Position numbers and translations under genes: made by a program
The notes under the pieces: model-generated
Databases searched by the model: none
Told to the model about the DNA's origin: nothing
Seen by the model: the letters and a program-made list of their open reading frames with translations, nothing else
From: an uncultured delta proteobacterium
GTDB lineage: Bacteria > Myxococcota > Myxococcia > Myxococcales > Anaeromyxobacteraceae
Assembly (NCBI GenBank): GCA_963845515.1
Contig: CAWJSR010000024.1
Coordinates: 1 to 54,311, forward strand
Length of the DNA stretch: 54,311 nt
Direction: 5' to 3'
Shown: positions 39,776 to 51,500 of the stretch, piece by piece
Layout of the letters: every line of letters begins with the position of its first letter
How positions within the stretch are numbered: the stretch's first letter is position 1

Positions 39776-39874
39776 GGCAGAGCTTCCCAGGCTGGTGCCG
39801 GGCCCGGTCTTCAAAACCGGTGTGTGGTGCTGAGAGGCGCTGCAGGTGGGTTCGATTCCCATGCTCTGCCGCCA
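39776..39874 (+). tRNA. selC: tRNA-Sec (anticodon UCA)
   Basis: 8-bp acceptor GGCAGAGC/GCTCTGCC, G73 and CCA, loop CTTCAAA in a CCGGT/ACCGG stem, long variable arm, 5-bp T stem. Confidence 0.96.
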
Positions 39875-39901
39875 CTGCACCGGTTGAGGGACTCGGTCGG
39901 C

Positions 39902-40843
39902 TCACCGCCGCGGCGACGAGGCCAGCTCCAGCTTCTTCACCGCGTCGTCGTCGATCTTCACCCCGGCCGCCTTCCAGAGGTCGTCAAGGAACCGCTTACG
40001 GTCGGCGTTACGCCGCTCGTTCGCGACCCGGGCCTGGAGCGCGTCCCGGATCGCCTCGAACCTCGGCTCGTACGCCGCCTCGCGCCCCAGGAGCTTCACG
40101 ACGTAGAAGCCGCCCGCGCTCTCCACGACGGCGCTCCCCACCTCGCCGGTCTTCGTCAGCTCGAACGCCGCCTTCGCCACCTCCGGGCCGTAGCCGCTCC
40201 CGAGCTCCTCCCGGCTCACGTACCCCAGCTCCCCGCTCGACGCACGCGTCCGCTCGTCCTCCGACCGGGCCCGCGCGAGCTTCCCGAACGCGTAGTAGTC
40301 CTTCGCCTTCGCCCGTGCCTCCGAGAGGATCTGTTGCGCAAGGGCCCGCTTCCCCTCGCGGTCCGACGGCTTCGAGGCCTTGAGCTCGATGACCGCGATC
40401 CGCACGCGCTCGGGGCGCGCCAACTCGGCGCGGTGCTCGTCGAAGTACTTGCGCAGCTCGTCGTCCGTCGGCGCCTTCTTCCGCTCCGGCTCCTCGAACT
40501 CCTTCTCGAGGTAGACGCTCCCCAGCTCCTCGGCGTAGCGCCGGGCGACCTCGGGGTCGCGCTGGTAGCCCTTCTCCTCGGCCAGCCGCGCGAGGAGCTG
40601 CTCCCGGACCAGATCCTCGATGAGCCCCTTGCGCGCCTCGGGTGCCCGGAAGCGCGCGCGCACCATGTCGGGCATCGCGCGCAGGCGCTCCTCAACATCG
40701 CTCGCTCGGAGGACGTGGCCCGAGAAGCGGGCGACCACGGCGCCGTCGCCCGTGGAGTCGAGGACGCTCTTCGGCGAGGACACGTGGCCGGCCCAGTAGC
40801 CGGCGCCGGCGGCGAGGACGATGAGCAGCAGCGGCTTCTTCAT
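39902..40843 (-). CDS. PpiC/parvulin peptidyl-prolyl isomerase (PrsA/SurA-like)
   Basis: N-terminal anchor, FGKLARARSED...SGELGY, GEVGSAVVESAGGFYVVKL. Confidence 0.9.
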   Translation of the reverse strand: MKKPLLLIVLAAGAGYWAGHVSSPKSVLDSTGDGAVVARFSGHVLRASDVEERLRAMPDMVRARFRAPEARKGLIEDLVREQLLARLAEEKGYQRDPEVARRYAEELGSVYLEKEFEEPERKKAPTDDELRKYFDEHRAELARPERVRIAVIELKASKPSDREGKRALAQQILSEARAKAKDYYAFGKLARARSEDERTRASSGELGYVSREELGSGYGPEVAKAAFELTKTGEVGSAVVESAGGFYVVKLLGREAAYEPRFEAIRDALQARVANERRNADRKRFLDDLWKAAGVKIDDDAVKKLELASSPRR

Positions 40844-41183
40844 TTTCCGGTCAGTCTCCATGGCTCAACGCGAAAGGAATTCGGCTGGGCGTACCCGGCA
40901 GCCCCTCGGGCGGGTCCTTTTCGCTTCCTCACTCCACGAATGAACCGACCGCGCTCGGCACACGACGCCGAACGCCGACGGACGACGCCACGCCGGCTCT
41001 GGCGCTTCGCGGTAGGCGTCGTTCGTGCTTGGCTTCGGCGTCTCGTTCATTGCGTCTCTTGGCGCACTCTGTCACCCCTATTGCTACCCCGCAGCCTCGT
41101 CCCGCCGGCTCAACACGGGATCAGGTCGCGGCGCTTCGGGAACTTCTCTCGTTGGGGGGCCGCGAGGACGGAGGCCAGTCGCT

Positions 41184-41769
41184 TCATCGGTTTGGGCCAT
41201 TGGGGCTTTGGGCTTTCACATGGGGTGCCAGTTGCCGGATCACCTCTGCAGTATCCCCTGGCCCCTCTGGCGGACCGTAGTACGCTACCTGAACCTGCAT
41301 ATTATTGTGCCAGACCGTCAGGAACCAGCAGGGGCCGTCATCCACGCCCGAGACGACGTAGCTGCGAAGGTTCTGGACCTTGGCGATGTCGACTTGCCCT
41401 CTCGATTCCGGTACGCCTCTGATCCCTTCGAGCAGACCCTGCTGGACCACGCCATCGACAACGACAGCGAAGCCGTAGATGGACCATGTCGGATTGCCCA
41501 CCTCTAGCAGAACCGCTTCACGCTTCGGAATGCCTATGCGTGCGAGCTCCTCGAACACCTTCGCTCGCACGGATTCCCATGGATCCCACCCCGCCACACA
41601 CCGCGTGAGGCTTGGACGCGCGTCCCGCTCGCCGGACAATTGACTTGGCGCAACGAGCAGAGATGACATCCTCGTAGCGGTACGGCCTCGGCTTAGAGTC
41701 CCGTGCGCACGAGAGTAACCAAATCCCAAGGAAAGCAGCCGCCAAGGATGGACTCGAAAGAGTGCGCAT
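41184..41769 (-). CDS. Putative lipoprotein immunity protein for the orphan metallopeptidase tip; frameshift at about 41600-41680
   Basis: ATG 2 nt after the tip stop; lipobox LLSC; continues in the 41184-41729 frame; low GC. Confidence 0.55.
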
Positions 41770-41771
41770 AG

Positions 41772-42104
41772 TTACCTATGGATAGTCCTCGTAGGACCCG
41801 TGCCAACTTGACCCGGCAGGTGTAGCTCCTTTCGGACTTTGTTCTCCGTTCCTATCGCGCGACTTTCTTTGTGCTCCCGATGGTTTAGGCGATCGCGGCT
41901 AGTGTCGAGGTTTCCCTGATCATAGCCCGAGAGGTGCTGCATCTCGTGCGCCAGCACCTGCGAGAATGGGGCCCCTTGTTCCTTGCCATTCTCGTCCGTA
42001 AACGTGAACTTCATGCCAAAATCCATTTCAGTCTTTCCACCTGACCCTCTGCCCTCTTTCCATCCAAACCGAGCATCGTCATCATTGTCGGCGTCAGCCG
42101 CGCT
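41772..42104 (-). pseudogene. Orphan toxin tip: HExxH zinc metallopeptidase (M91/NleD-like), no own N-terminus
   Basis: GRGSGG...VLAHEMQH...ESRAIGTENKVRKELHLP; the frame stays open upstream of the Met at 42026 to a TGA near 42105. Confidence 0.7.
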
Positions 42105-42172
42105 TCAATGCGATTAGGGACCACCACTCGGTCGAGTCTCTCGGTCGGCGCGTCGGGCGCGAGGCGTTCCAG

Positions 42173-42501
42173 TCAGGGCTCCTGGGTCTTGCCAAGACCT
42201 TGAGGTCCGAACCGGCCGACCCATTCAGCCAACAACTCACGGAGCCTTGCCCATCAAGATTCTCGTAATGCTGATACTGAAGTTTGGAGCCGGGCGCTGT
42301 GCCGATAGCCTCCACATCACAGAACCCGGTATCCCATACCGTCACACGGCCGAACATCAACGAAGACTCAAGGTCTATCCGGGCACTCCTCTCGGAATTG
42401 CCCCCTGACTCTATGAACTGGAGTCTGAGGCCAGTCCCTTTGGATTCCTCACCATTGCCCTCGAACCAAGAACGAAGCGAGTCCACTAGCGAGCTTGTCA
42501 T
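42173..42501 (-). CDS. TriTu-like immunity protein (ORF as given runs to 42094; probable frameshift near 42250)
   Basis: Starts 1 nt after the toxin stop; SARIDLES...GRVTVWDTGFCDVEAI matches the recalled TriTu pattern IIDFE...SRFTVWDD.SC..EV; the alternate frame supplies the terminal helix RLRELLAEWVGRF. Confidence 0.82.
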
Positions 42502-42502
42502 G

Positions 42503-45500
42503 TTATTTTGTTTGCAGGTGCACGATATTCTGAGCCGCCGGCATCTCGGGGACCGGGAGCCCCTTCGACGCCGCCAGTCGTCCCTCTAGAGAATTCGGTC
42601 CGATTATCTTGGCCCAGCCTTGCTGCGTTTGCCTCACCGACGTGGCCGCCACGTCAAACTCCACGTAGTTGCTTCCGGCCGCAGCCTGACTCCCGAACGC
42701 TTCCGGTGCCGCGGGAAGTGCTACGTGGGTTGTCCCGGAATAGCTCTCTTGAACCATCCCCGTTCTCGTCATGGCAATTCGTTCGCTCACGGACATCCAT
42801 CGTCCCACCCTAACCAAGGACCCCGCTGCCTCGCCCGCCTCCAATGCGTTGATCCCGGTCGCGAAGCCCCTCCCGAGAAGCGGAAGCGCCTCCATCCCAA
42901 GGCTCAACACGCTTACCCCGAGAATGATCTCAGCGGCATGCCCCTGGTATGCAACTGCTTTGAGATAGTCGGCCTGTGGCGTTCCCGCGTGGCACTCACT
43001 GCAAGAACCCAGGGCCACCCGAACGGGGCCATCGGGCAATTCACGACTCCCAAGCTTCGGCCTTTCATCGCGCCCGTCGGGATCGACGAAACGTATCGGA
43101 CTCCACGCGGCATACTCGTATGTCGACAGTTTGAGCGGCAACCCTTCGAAACGCTTCAGTGAAGAGAGGAGGCTTGGCAACACTGGGTCCGTCGACGCCC
43201 ATCTCGCCCTCACGGGGTCGTAGTACCTCGCCCCGAAGTAGTAGAGCCCCGTCTCCTCGTCGAGCTCCTTGCTCGTGAAGAGGAACCGCTGCCCCTTCAC
43301 CCCCGCGCCGTCCCGGTCGTACTTCGGCTCCCGCCAGACCTCTCCGTACGGGTAGTACTCCACGTGCTCGTGGACCTTCCCGTTCTGGTCCGTCACCCAG
43401 CTCGTCGAGCCAAGGTGATCGGCGTGGTAGTAGTACGTCTCCGGCCGAACCGTCGTCGTGTCCACCCCGTACGCCACCGGCGGCGCCCCGGGCAGCGGGC
43501 ACTTGTTCGGGGAGTCGCCGGACGGGTCGCACCCAGGCTGCGGGGGCGCCGTGTTCGGCGTCACCGGCACCAGCCCCTGATCCCAGCCTGGCGGCGGCAG
43601 CAGCTTCGACGCGAGCCGCGTCTCGCCCGCGAAGACGTGCTTCGTCGCCGCGATCTTCCCCTTCAGGTTGAAGAACTGCCCGATCGTAATGCTGTCCCCG
43701 CCTCGCCCCTGCTTCACCACGCGCTGCCCGGCAGCGTCGTAGAGGAAGCTCGTCACGTGCCGCCCGCCCCCCTCGACCACCGACGTCAGCCGGTTCTCCT
43801 CGTTCCAGGAGAACTCCCTGAGGTGGTCGTGGTCCACCTGGCAGGTCGGGTCCCCCTGGTCGCGGCACTCGCGCGTCGTGTTCCCGTTCGCGTCGTAGTT
43901 GAGCAGCGTGTCCCCGATCTGCAGCGCACGGTGCGGATGGGCCGGAGCGTCGTACGTGTACCCCCAGTCGTGGTTCGACTGCGTGGGCTTCGCCTCCCCG
44001 ACCCCCGTCCCCTGCGAATTCAGGCTCGAGATCGTGTGCACCTGGACGTTCGCCGTCATGTTGTGGATGTCGTCGTACTGGAAGCTCGACGTGAACGAAT
44101 CCACGATCCCCGGCCTCGCGTAGGCCGTCCCGCTCGCGGACGTCAATCGATAGAGCTGGTCGTAGCCGTAGGCGTAGCTCACCGCTCCAGAGTGCGGCCC
44201 CGTCGCGTAGCCCGTCGTCGGCTGCCCCAGCGCGTTCGTCAGCCCCGTCACGTTACCCACGAGGTCGTAGGCGTAAGTCAGCCGCTGCAATCTCCGCCCT
44301 GCTACCGTGGTGTCGAGGTTCTTGAGCCGCCTTGTCTGAGGATCATAGGTGTAGACGCTCGTCCCGGCGTTGCCGTACGTGAGCGTCTTCCGCTGCTCGA
44401 ACTCGTCGTAGGTCAGCGACGTCAGGTACGTCTCGGTCTGCGCCTTGTAGTGCTTCGTAGCCGTCCGGGTTCCCGTCGCTCCGGCGACGAGTCCGCCGGC
44501 GTCGTAGTGGTAGGCGAGCAGCTCGCCGTCCGGGTACACCATCGACTTCATCCGCCCGAACGAGTCGAACGCGAACCCCATCTCGAACGTCTGCGGCGAC
44601 CCGTTGGGCTTGAGCGGCCTCACGGTCCGCGTCGACCGCGTCGTCTCGCCCAGCTTGCCGTAGCCGCGCGTCTCCTGCCCCGCGTCGTCCACGATCCGCT
44701 TCACCCGGCCCACCTGGTGCTCCGACGGTGTCGGCCGCCGTCCCGTACTCGTACGTCACTGGCGCCGAGGACGGGTAGTTGATCGTCCGGAGCTGGTCGA
44801 AGACGTAGTCGTACGTAATCCACGCCGACTTCTCATGCAGGTTCGCGTCCTGCTTCTGGATGAGGTTGCCGGCAGCGTCGTACACGAAGGTCGTGAGCCC
44901 GGCGTCGGGGTTGTCGAGCGTCTTCCGCCGCCCGAGCAGGTCGTAGGTGAGCGCCGTCTGGTGTCCTGCCGCGTCGGTCACCGTCAGGAGCTGCCCAATC
45001 GGATCGTACAGGTAGGTCGTCGTTGGCGTGCTCGTGCCGGTGTTCTCCTGCACCGCGACCACCTCGTCGCGAGGATCCCTGTAGAGGACCTTGCTGTTCC
45101 CGAGCGGGTCGACGACGGTCGACCGCAAACGGATTACCGTGCTCCCCGCCGGAGCTCCGAAGTCGTAGGCCACCGTCGTCGTCGCGAGGCCGTTCGGAGC
45201 GTCGGCGTTCGGCTCCTGCGTCTGCACCGTCCGCCCGAGCACGTCGTAGGAGAGGTACGTGGGGTTGAGCGGCGTGCCCGGTTTGACGTGTGCGCTCGAG
45301 CCCGGCTCGAAGAAGGTCTGCCCTCGCTGGACCACTCGCCCGAGCGCGTCGAAGATCTGCTGCCCGGAGACCGACCAACCGATCCCCCTGCCCTCCACCT
45401 CCGCCGTCTTCTTCGTCTGGATCGCCCGTCGGAGGCCGTCCACGAGCACCACCGTGTCGACGGTCCCCGTCTCCGGATGCTTGTTCCGCGTCCTGGCGTA

Positions 45501-48500
45501 CGGGCCATTCGCGCCGAGGACGTAGGTGACCGACACCGTCGGCGAAGTAGACGAGTCGTACGGACCCACCAGCGTCTGCAACCTTCCGAACGAATCGTAG
45601 ACGCGCTCGATGACGTTGCCGTTCTCGTCCACCGTCGTAGTCGGCTCGCCGAACTTCGGGTCGTACTCGGCCGTCGAGGCGTAGCCGAGTGACGCGTCCT
45701 GGATCTGCGTCACGTAGGTGTTGGTCTCGGAATCGTATCCGTAGTGGAACGTGTGCCGGCTCCCCTTGACGACTGGCCCCTGGAACTGCTCCAGATTCCC
45801 GTCCGGCTTCCAGACGAGCACCACGTCGGCGCTCTGTCCGTTCTCCGTCCACGACGTGAGCGTCGACAGGTTGCCGAGCCCGTCGTAGCTCCCGTCGCGC
45901 TTGCGCAGGAGTTGACCCGCCGCATTCGTCACGTCCACCGTATGGGGCTTCCCGACGAAGCGGAGGCGGCGCGCGACCGTGCCGTTCTCGTAGGTGATCG
46001 CGGCATGGAGATCGTCGGCCGTGAAGGCGTTCGAGCTGCCGGCGTCACCGAGATCCCAGAAGTCCTGCACGTTCCCGTACTGGTCGTAGAGGAAGGTCTG
46101 GGCCGTCGTCAGGCCCGGCTGCGCTGGCACGGTCCCGGGCGTGCCCTGTCCCTCGTAGATCCGCGTCTCCTCGCGCACGAGCCCCGTAAAGAAGGACTGG
46201 CAATAGCTGCCGGCGTCGAGGAAGAAGGGCGTCGTCGAATCGCAGGCGCTCGTGTGGCCCTGCGTCATCGTGTAGGTCGTGTAGCTATTCTGGGTGGCGG
46301 TGAAGAGTCGTCCGCCACCGTCCCACAGCGTCCTCCCGGTCGAGCAGCCCCTTCATCGCGAAGCTCTCGTTGTGCCACGTCTGGGCAGCCTGCCGCTGGA
46401 CCGCTCCCGCGTGGTCGACGTCGGTTCGGACGACCGAACCGAACCCCAGGAAGTCCCGCTCCGCCCGGTCGTGCTTCCCGAGCGAGTAGACGTAGTTCGA
46501 CTGGAGATCGTGCCCGTCCACCCTGTCGACCGCGCCGCTCCCGCCGCGCCCGTCCCTCACGATCACCTTCGACATGACCCACCGGCTCTCCGGCATGTCG
46601 TAGGTGTTGCCCGTGCGCGCGTAGTCGAGCTCGATGCTGCCGCCCAGCGGGCGTCCAACGTGCTTCAGGAGGTTGGCCTTCCCCTCCCGGTTGAGCCGCA
46701 CCCAGACCTGATGGTTGTCCCCGCTCCCGGCCTCGGCCTTGAGCACGTGGTCGGCGAGCCCGTCGCCGTCCATGTCGACGAGGCCGAGGGCGAAGCCGGA
46801 GACGCGGCGGAGCGTGGCATCGCCACCTATGGTGAAGTTGAGCCACGGCTCGACGATGACGATGGGCACGCTGAAGGTGACGGCGAAGCCCACGGTCGGC
46901 AGCTCGTCGTACGACCCGTTCGCCTCCACCGAGTCCACCGGCTTTCCGTTCGCAAGCACCTGACTCAGGATGGCGTCCATCGCGGCGACGCCCGTCTTGA
47001 GCCATGGAGCCGTCACCCCGCTAGGCCAGTCACCGACCGCCCACGCCTGCTCCGGCAAGAACCCGTAGCCCGTGTTGATCTGGACGTAGAAGTACCCGTC
47101 GTCCTTGCTCGACTTGCGCACGTAGTCGGGGAGCCCATCGCCGTTCACGTCGACGACCGTCACGGCCGTGGCGGCCACGCTCGTCTCGTAGGCTACCGAC
47201 CCCTCGAAGACCTCGGGCTCGAAGCCGAAACCCAGGTTGCCCTGCACGCTGATGGCGGTCGTGCGCCGGACCTTGTCGGGCGACGCCAAAGACTGGGCTA
47301 CCCCGTAGGCACCGGCGTTGAGGTCCAGTGGACCGCCGACATTCCAGTTCTGAACGGCGACACAGTCTTCGTTCGCCGCGAAGCGCCCGCCCAGGTTGAG
47401 CCTCACCGTGAACCCGCTGCAGTCGGGATTACCGCCTCGACTCACCCTGTCGGGCAGGCCGTCGCCGTTGACGTCGACGAGCTCGTAGTCGGTCGAGCTC
47501 AGGTTGATGCCGCCCCCGAACCCGAACATCCCGTGCATTCCCTGAATCACCCCGCCGTCACTGATCTCGACGGTGGGGGAGGAGATCGAGCTGCTCAGGT
47601 TGACCGCGACGTCCTGACTATTTCTCAAGACGTCGGTCGGCAGGGGTCGCGACACTGCGTGTAGGTCGTGGATGTTGGTGATCTTGACGGTCTCACTTCT
47701 CACCGCGTCGACGATGCGATCGCCGTTCATGTCCAGGAGGTCCGAGGTCTGCCGGCTGCTGCCGGAGGCGACCTGGATGCCGACGCCTGCGGGGCCCGCC
47801 CCAATCCCCCCACCAAGCGTCAGCGTGTGCCCCTCCCCGTGTCGGCTCGTGCCTCCGACCTGGAAGAGCGCCGCGACGGTAGTGGCCTTCCCATCCTGCT
47901 GCTGGACGAAGCCACCCTCCCGCGAGCCATGCATCGTCGTCGCCGTAATGAAGGTGGCGCCGTCGCGGCTGACGTAGGCAGGCGTCAGCGGCTTCAGCCC
48001 CGTGCGGGTGGGGCTGAACCAGGTCCCATGCCGCCGCGGGACGAGCGTCTCCGCGATCTTCGATGCGGACGGGGCCGTCTGGCTCGTGGTGGCGTCGCCC
48101 ACGACGCTCGACGTGACCTCGAACGCCGACGCCTCGAAGGGCTGATCGTTCTTCCCGTGCCAGGCGCCATAGCGCCAACCATGGAAGCCCCCGCCGAAGA
48201 CCGAGCGGATGCCGACGGGCCCCTTGTCGCTCCTCAGGTGATCGAATGTGGAGTTGACGGCGAAGTCCAGTCCGCCGACATACTGCCCGAGGCCGTTGAA
48301 GGAGACCGTCGGCGCCCACGCGAGCGCGAACGGGAGCTCCGAGTGTGCCTCGAAGTAGATGAGCTCCCCGCTCGTGACCGAGACGGTGACGATCCGGCCT
48401 GGAGCGCTCGCGCGCTGCTTGAAGAGGTAGCCGCTAGCGGTTCTCGCCGTCAGCCAGATGGGAGGCCAGTCTACCGAGCCCGGGGGCCGCTGCACGAACG

Positions 48501-51500
48501 CCGGGTCCGGCGGCGAGGTGTCGATCGTGATCAGTCCGTCGCCGGGGGCAACGAAGGGCACGAGCGGGCGCGGGTTAGGGATGAGCGTCTGCGCACCATA
48601 GAGCGTCGCGGCCGGATCGAGCGGGAGGTGAAGCTCCAGAAAGGGCTCGCCAGCGAACGAGAGCGCGCTCGCCTCCTCTGCCACCGTCGGCCGGCAACTT
48701 CCCAGTTGGTCGCAGAGCTGCGTCATCTGCCCCTGGATCTCCCACTCGACCGAAGCCGGGTCGATGGGAAGGTCAGACTCGAGCCGGAAGACGAGCTTCT
48801 CGGCGGCGCCGACCTGCGCCGTGTTCGACCAGTCGAAGCTCCCCGCCTCGCTCGGGCTGTACGACCGGGTTCCGGGGCCCAGGAGGGCGAAGCCGCTGCC
48901 CGCGCAGGGAACGTCGAAGGCGGTGGCGTTTGCCGGGAACTTCTGAATGCAGGCGCGCACGTCATCGCTCGAAGCGAGCTTCTTTAGCGTCGATGTGATC
49001 GCGAGCTCCCCGCTCGCCGGGATGACGACCGCACCCAAGGGTGCCCCGGCCAGCTTGAAGTCATACTGTGCGTCAAAGGTGAAGATGCCGGCGCCGGTGG
49101 GGTCCGCCCAGCCCTGCTCGTACGCGGTCAGCTGCTGGCAGCCCGTCGTGCAGTCGCCGAGCGCCGTATAGGTGATGGTCGGCGCGAAGCTCGCCTCCTC
49201 GACCGGGGACGGTCCGGTCGGATCTACGGGAAAGTCGGCGAGCGTCGAGAGGACGAAGTAGAGCCGGGTGCCCCGGGAGACCGGTAGGCCCGTCAGGCTG
49301 ACCGGCGCCTGCGTCGCCGTGAGGGCGATCTTCAGATCGACGGCCGCACCGAGCTGGGTCGTGGTGGGGTAACCGGACCCGGAATCGAGTACCTGGTAGG
49401 TGCGCAGCCGAACGCCGTCCCAGCCCGGATCGGCTGGGTCGCGCCCCGGGAAGGCGAACGTGCCGACGACATCCACGACGCCGTCGTAGGGGGCGATCCA
49501 CTCAACGAGCGCGTCGGATGGCTGGAGGTTGTTCCCAAGGCTGTCCTGGAAGTCAGCGTCTTGCGCGGACTGGCCCGAGAGGTCGGTCACGACGTGGTTC
49601 TGGCTGAAGATGAAGTTGGTCGGATCGGCCGGGGTGCGCGGCTGCTGAAACCAGATCCCGCTTGGCAGGACTGCGTCGATCAGCCCGTCGCCGTCGGCGT
49701 CCGTGAGGAACTCGGTCGTCGTGCTAGCGAAGTGCGAGTAGCCCGCGTTCACGTTTGCGCTCACCACCCCCGCGCCGGCGCTCGCCTGGAATGCGACGTT
49801 CCACGCGGCCCCGTTCTCTGCGCCCAACGTCGGAAACGGTACACCGGGAACCTGCCCGGCCCAGGGATCCCTTGCCGGGAGCGCCTTCGTGAGCGTCCGA
49901 AGGGGGCTCCCCATGTTGAACCGCACGTCGTAGGTGCCGTCACCGCGATCGATCACGCGATCGGGTAGACCATCCCCATCGACGTCGACGAGAAGGCTCC
50001 TGGTCTTGCTTTCGTGGCCGCTGATGCCTACGCGGGCCCCGACGGCCGTCCCCTGCTTGAAGGCGAGCGTGCTGATCCCGGCGTAGACGTGGCGACCCCA
50101 CCCGGTCTCCTCGCTCCGCGTGATCGACTTGTCGTCGCCCCCCTCGGAGAAGGTCCAGGGCGCGGGTGGATCGAACGGAATCGGATCCGCGTCAGTGTAG
50201 GCGAACGTGTGAGTGTAGAAGAGCTGCTGCGAGGCCCCCGCGCCGTAGACGTCCACCCGCGTCATCCGCGACTTGCCGAAGGCACCCTGCTGGTAGGTGA
50301 GCCGGTACTCGCGGATCGCGTCGGAGCCCACTTCCACACGGACCGAGTGAAGCCGGCGCCGCGTCACCACCTTGAACCCGAGCCGGCCCGACGTGATCGT
50401 GTCCGGCCGCTCCAGCAGAGGCCCCGAGGCGGCCTGCTCGCTGCAGAGCTGCACGTGGTAGGGGCCTGGCGTGCCGCCCGAGAGCGCCCCCGCTCCCTCT
50501 CGGCTCGCCCTGCCGGCGTACTGGATGCCGGAGAGATAGAGCTCGCGGAAGTCCTCGTTGTGGACCACGAGCGGCTGGCCAGCCGCAGCGATCGTGGTCT
50601 GGCTCCTGTCATCGACGTCGTAGAAGTACTGCGTGAGGTTTCCGTTCGTGTCGACGGCGCGCTCGAGGTTCCACTGCCCGATGTTGGGGGCCGACGGGTC
50701 GTGGCTCATCAGGCGCGCGTTCGGTCCGTAGCCGTAGACGTGAAGCACGCCGTTCTTGTCGCTCACCTCGAACCAGTAGCTCGTCGGCCCTCCCCCGCAT
50801 CGCACGATCCGCCGGAAGTCCTTCTCCACGCGCGCGCGGTAGACCGTTCCAGCAGGTCCCTGCTGACACGGTGACGTGTCGGTCGTCGGCACGAGCCGTG
50901 CGCCGTCGAGGAGGTAGCGCTCGTTCCCCGTGTACTCTGGCGCCCCAAACTTCGTGTCGATCTGGACGCTCGAGACGGAGAGGTCCCAGCCAACGCCGAC
51001 CCAGCCATCGCCAGCACCCGAGTCGTACGCGAGCCTCAGCTCTGGCTGGTACGCGCCGCGCGCCTTCGGGAGCCGGATCGGCAGGACGAGCTGCGCCGTC
51101 CCCTGGCTGTTCCCCTGCGGCGCCTCGACGAGGTCAATCCCCTGCGAAGGATCAGCCGCCTTCAGGTCCTTGATCGAGTTCGGGTTGAAGGACGTCGGTC
51201 CCGGATGATCGGGCGTCACCAGCACCGCGTTGATCATGAACGTGAAGTGCGTCGTCTCGCTGACGATCTGGCTCGTGGTCCGGAGCACGTCCTTCCTGGG
51301 CAGCGCCCTCCACTCCTCGAGGCTCTCGTCGTAGTAGAAGGTCTGGATCGCCTCCGGAGCCATTCCGTCCGGCAAGAGCGACGGGTCGTAGGGGATCGTC
51401 AGCTTGACCGCCGCAGCGAACTTCTGCCCCTTCGGAAGGAACCGGTAGGCGCCGTGCGGAGGCGCCGTGACGTTCACCATCCCCGCCTCGAGCGGCGGCA

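Noticed and set aside
40865..41050. 61-aa ORF upstream of the parvulin gene
   Set aside because: No RBS or motif; the region is better explained by its inverted repeats
44343..46340. Three separate Tc-like genes or programmed frameshifting in the RHS toxin
   Set aside because: The breaks fall inside repeats with no slippery heptamer or RBS, and removing one base at each site gives a single continuous ORF
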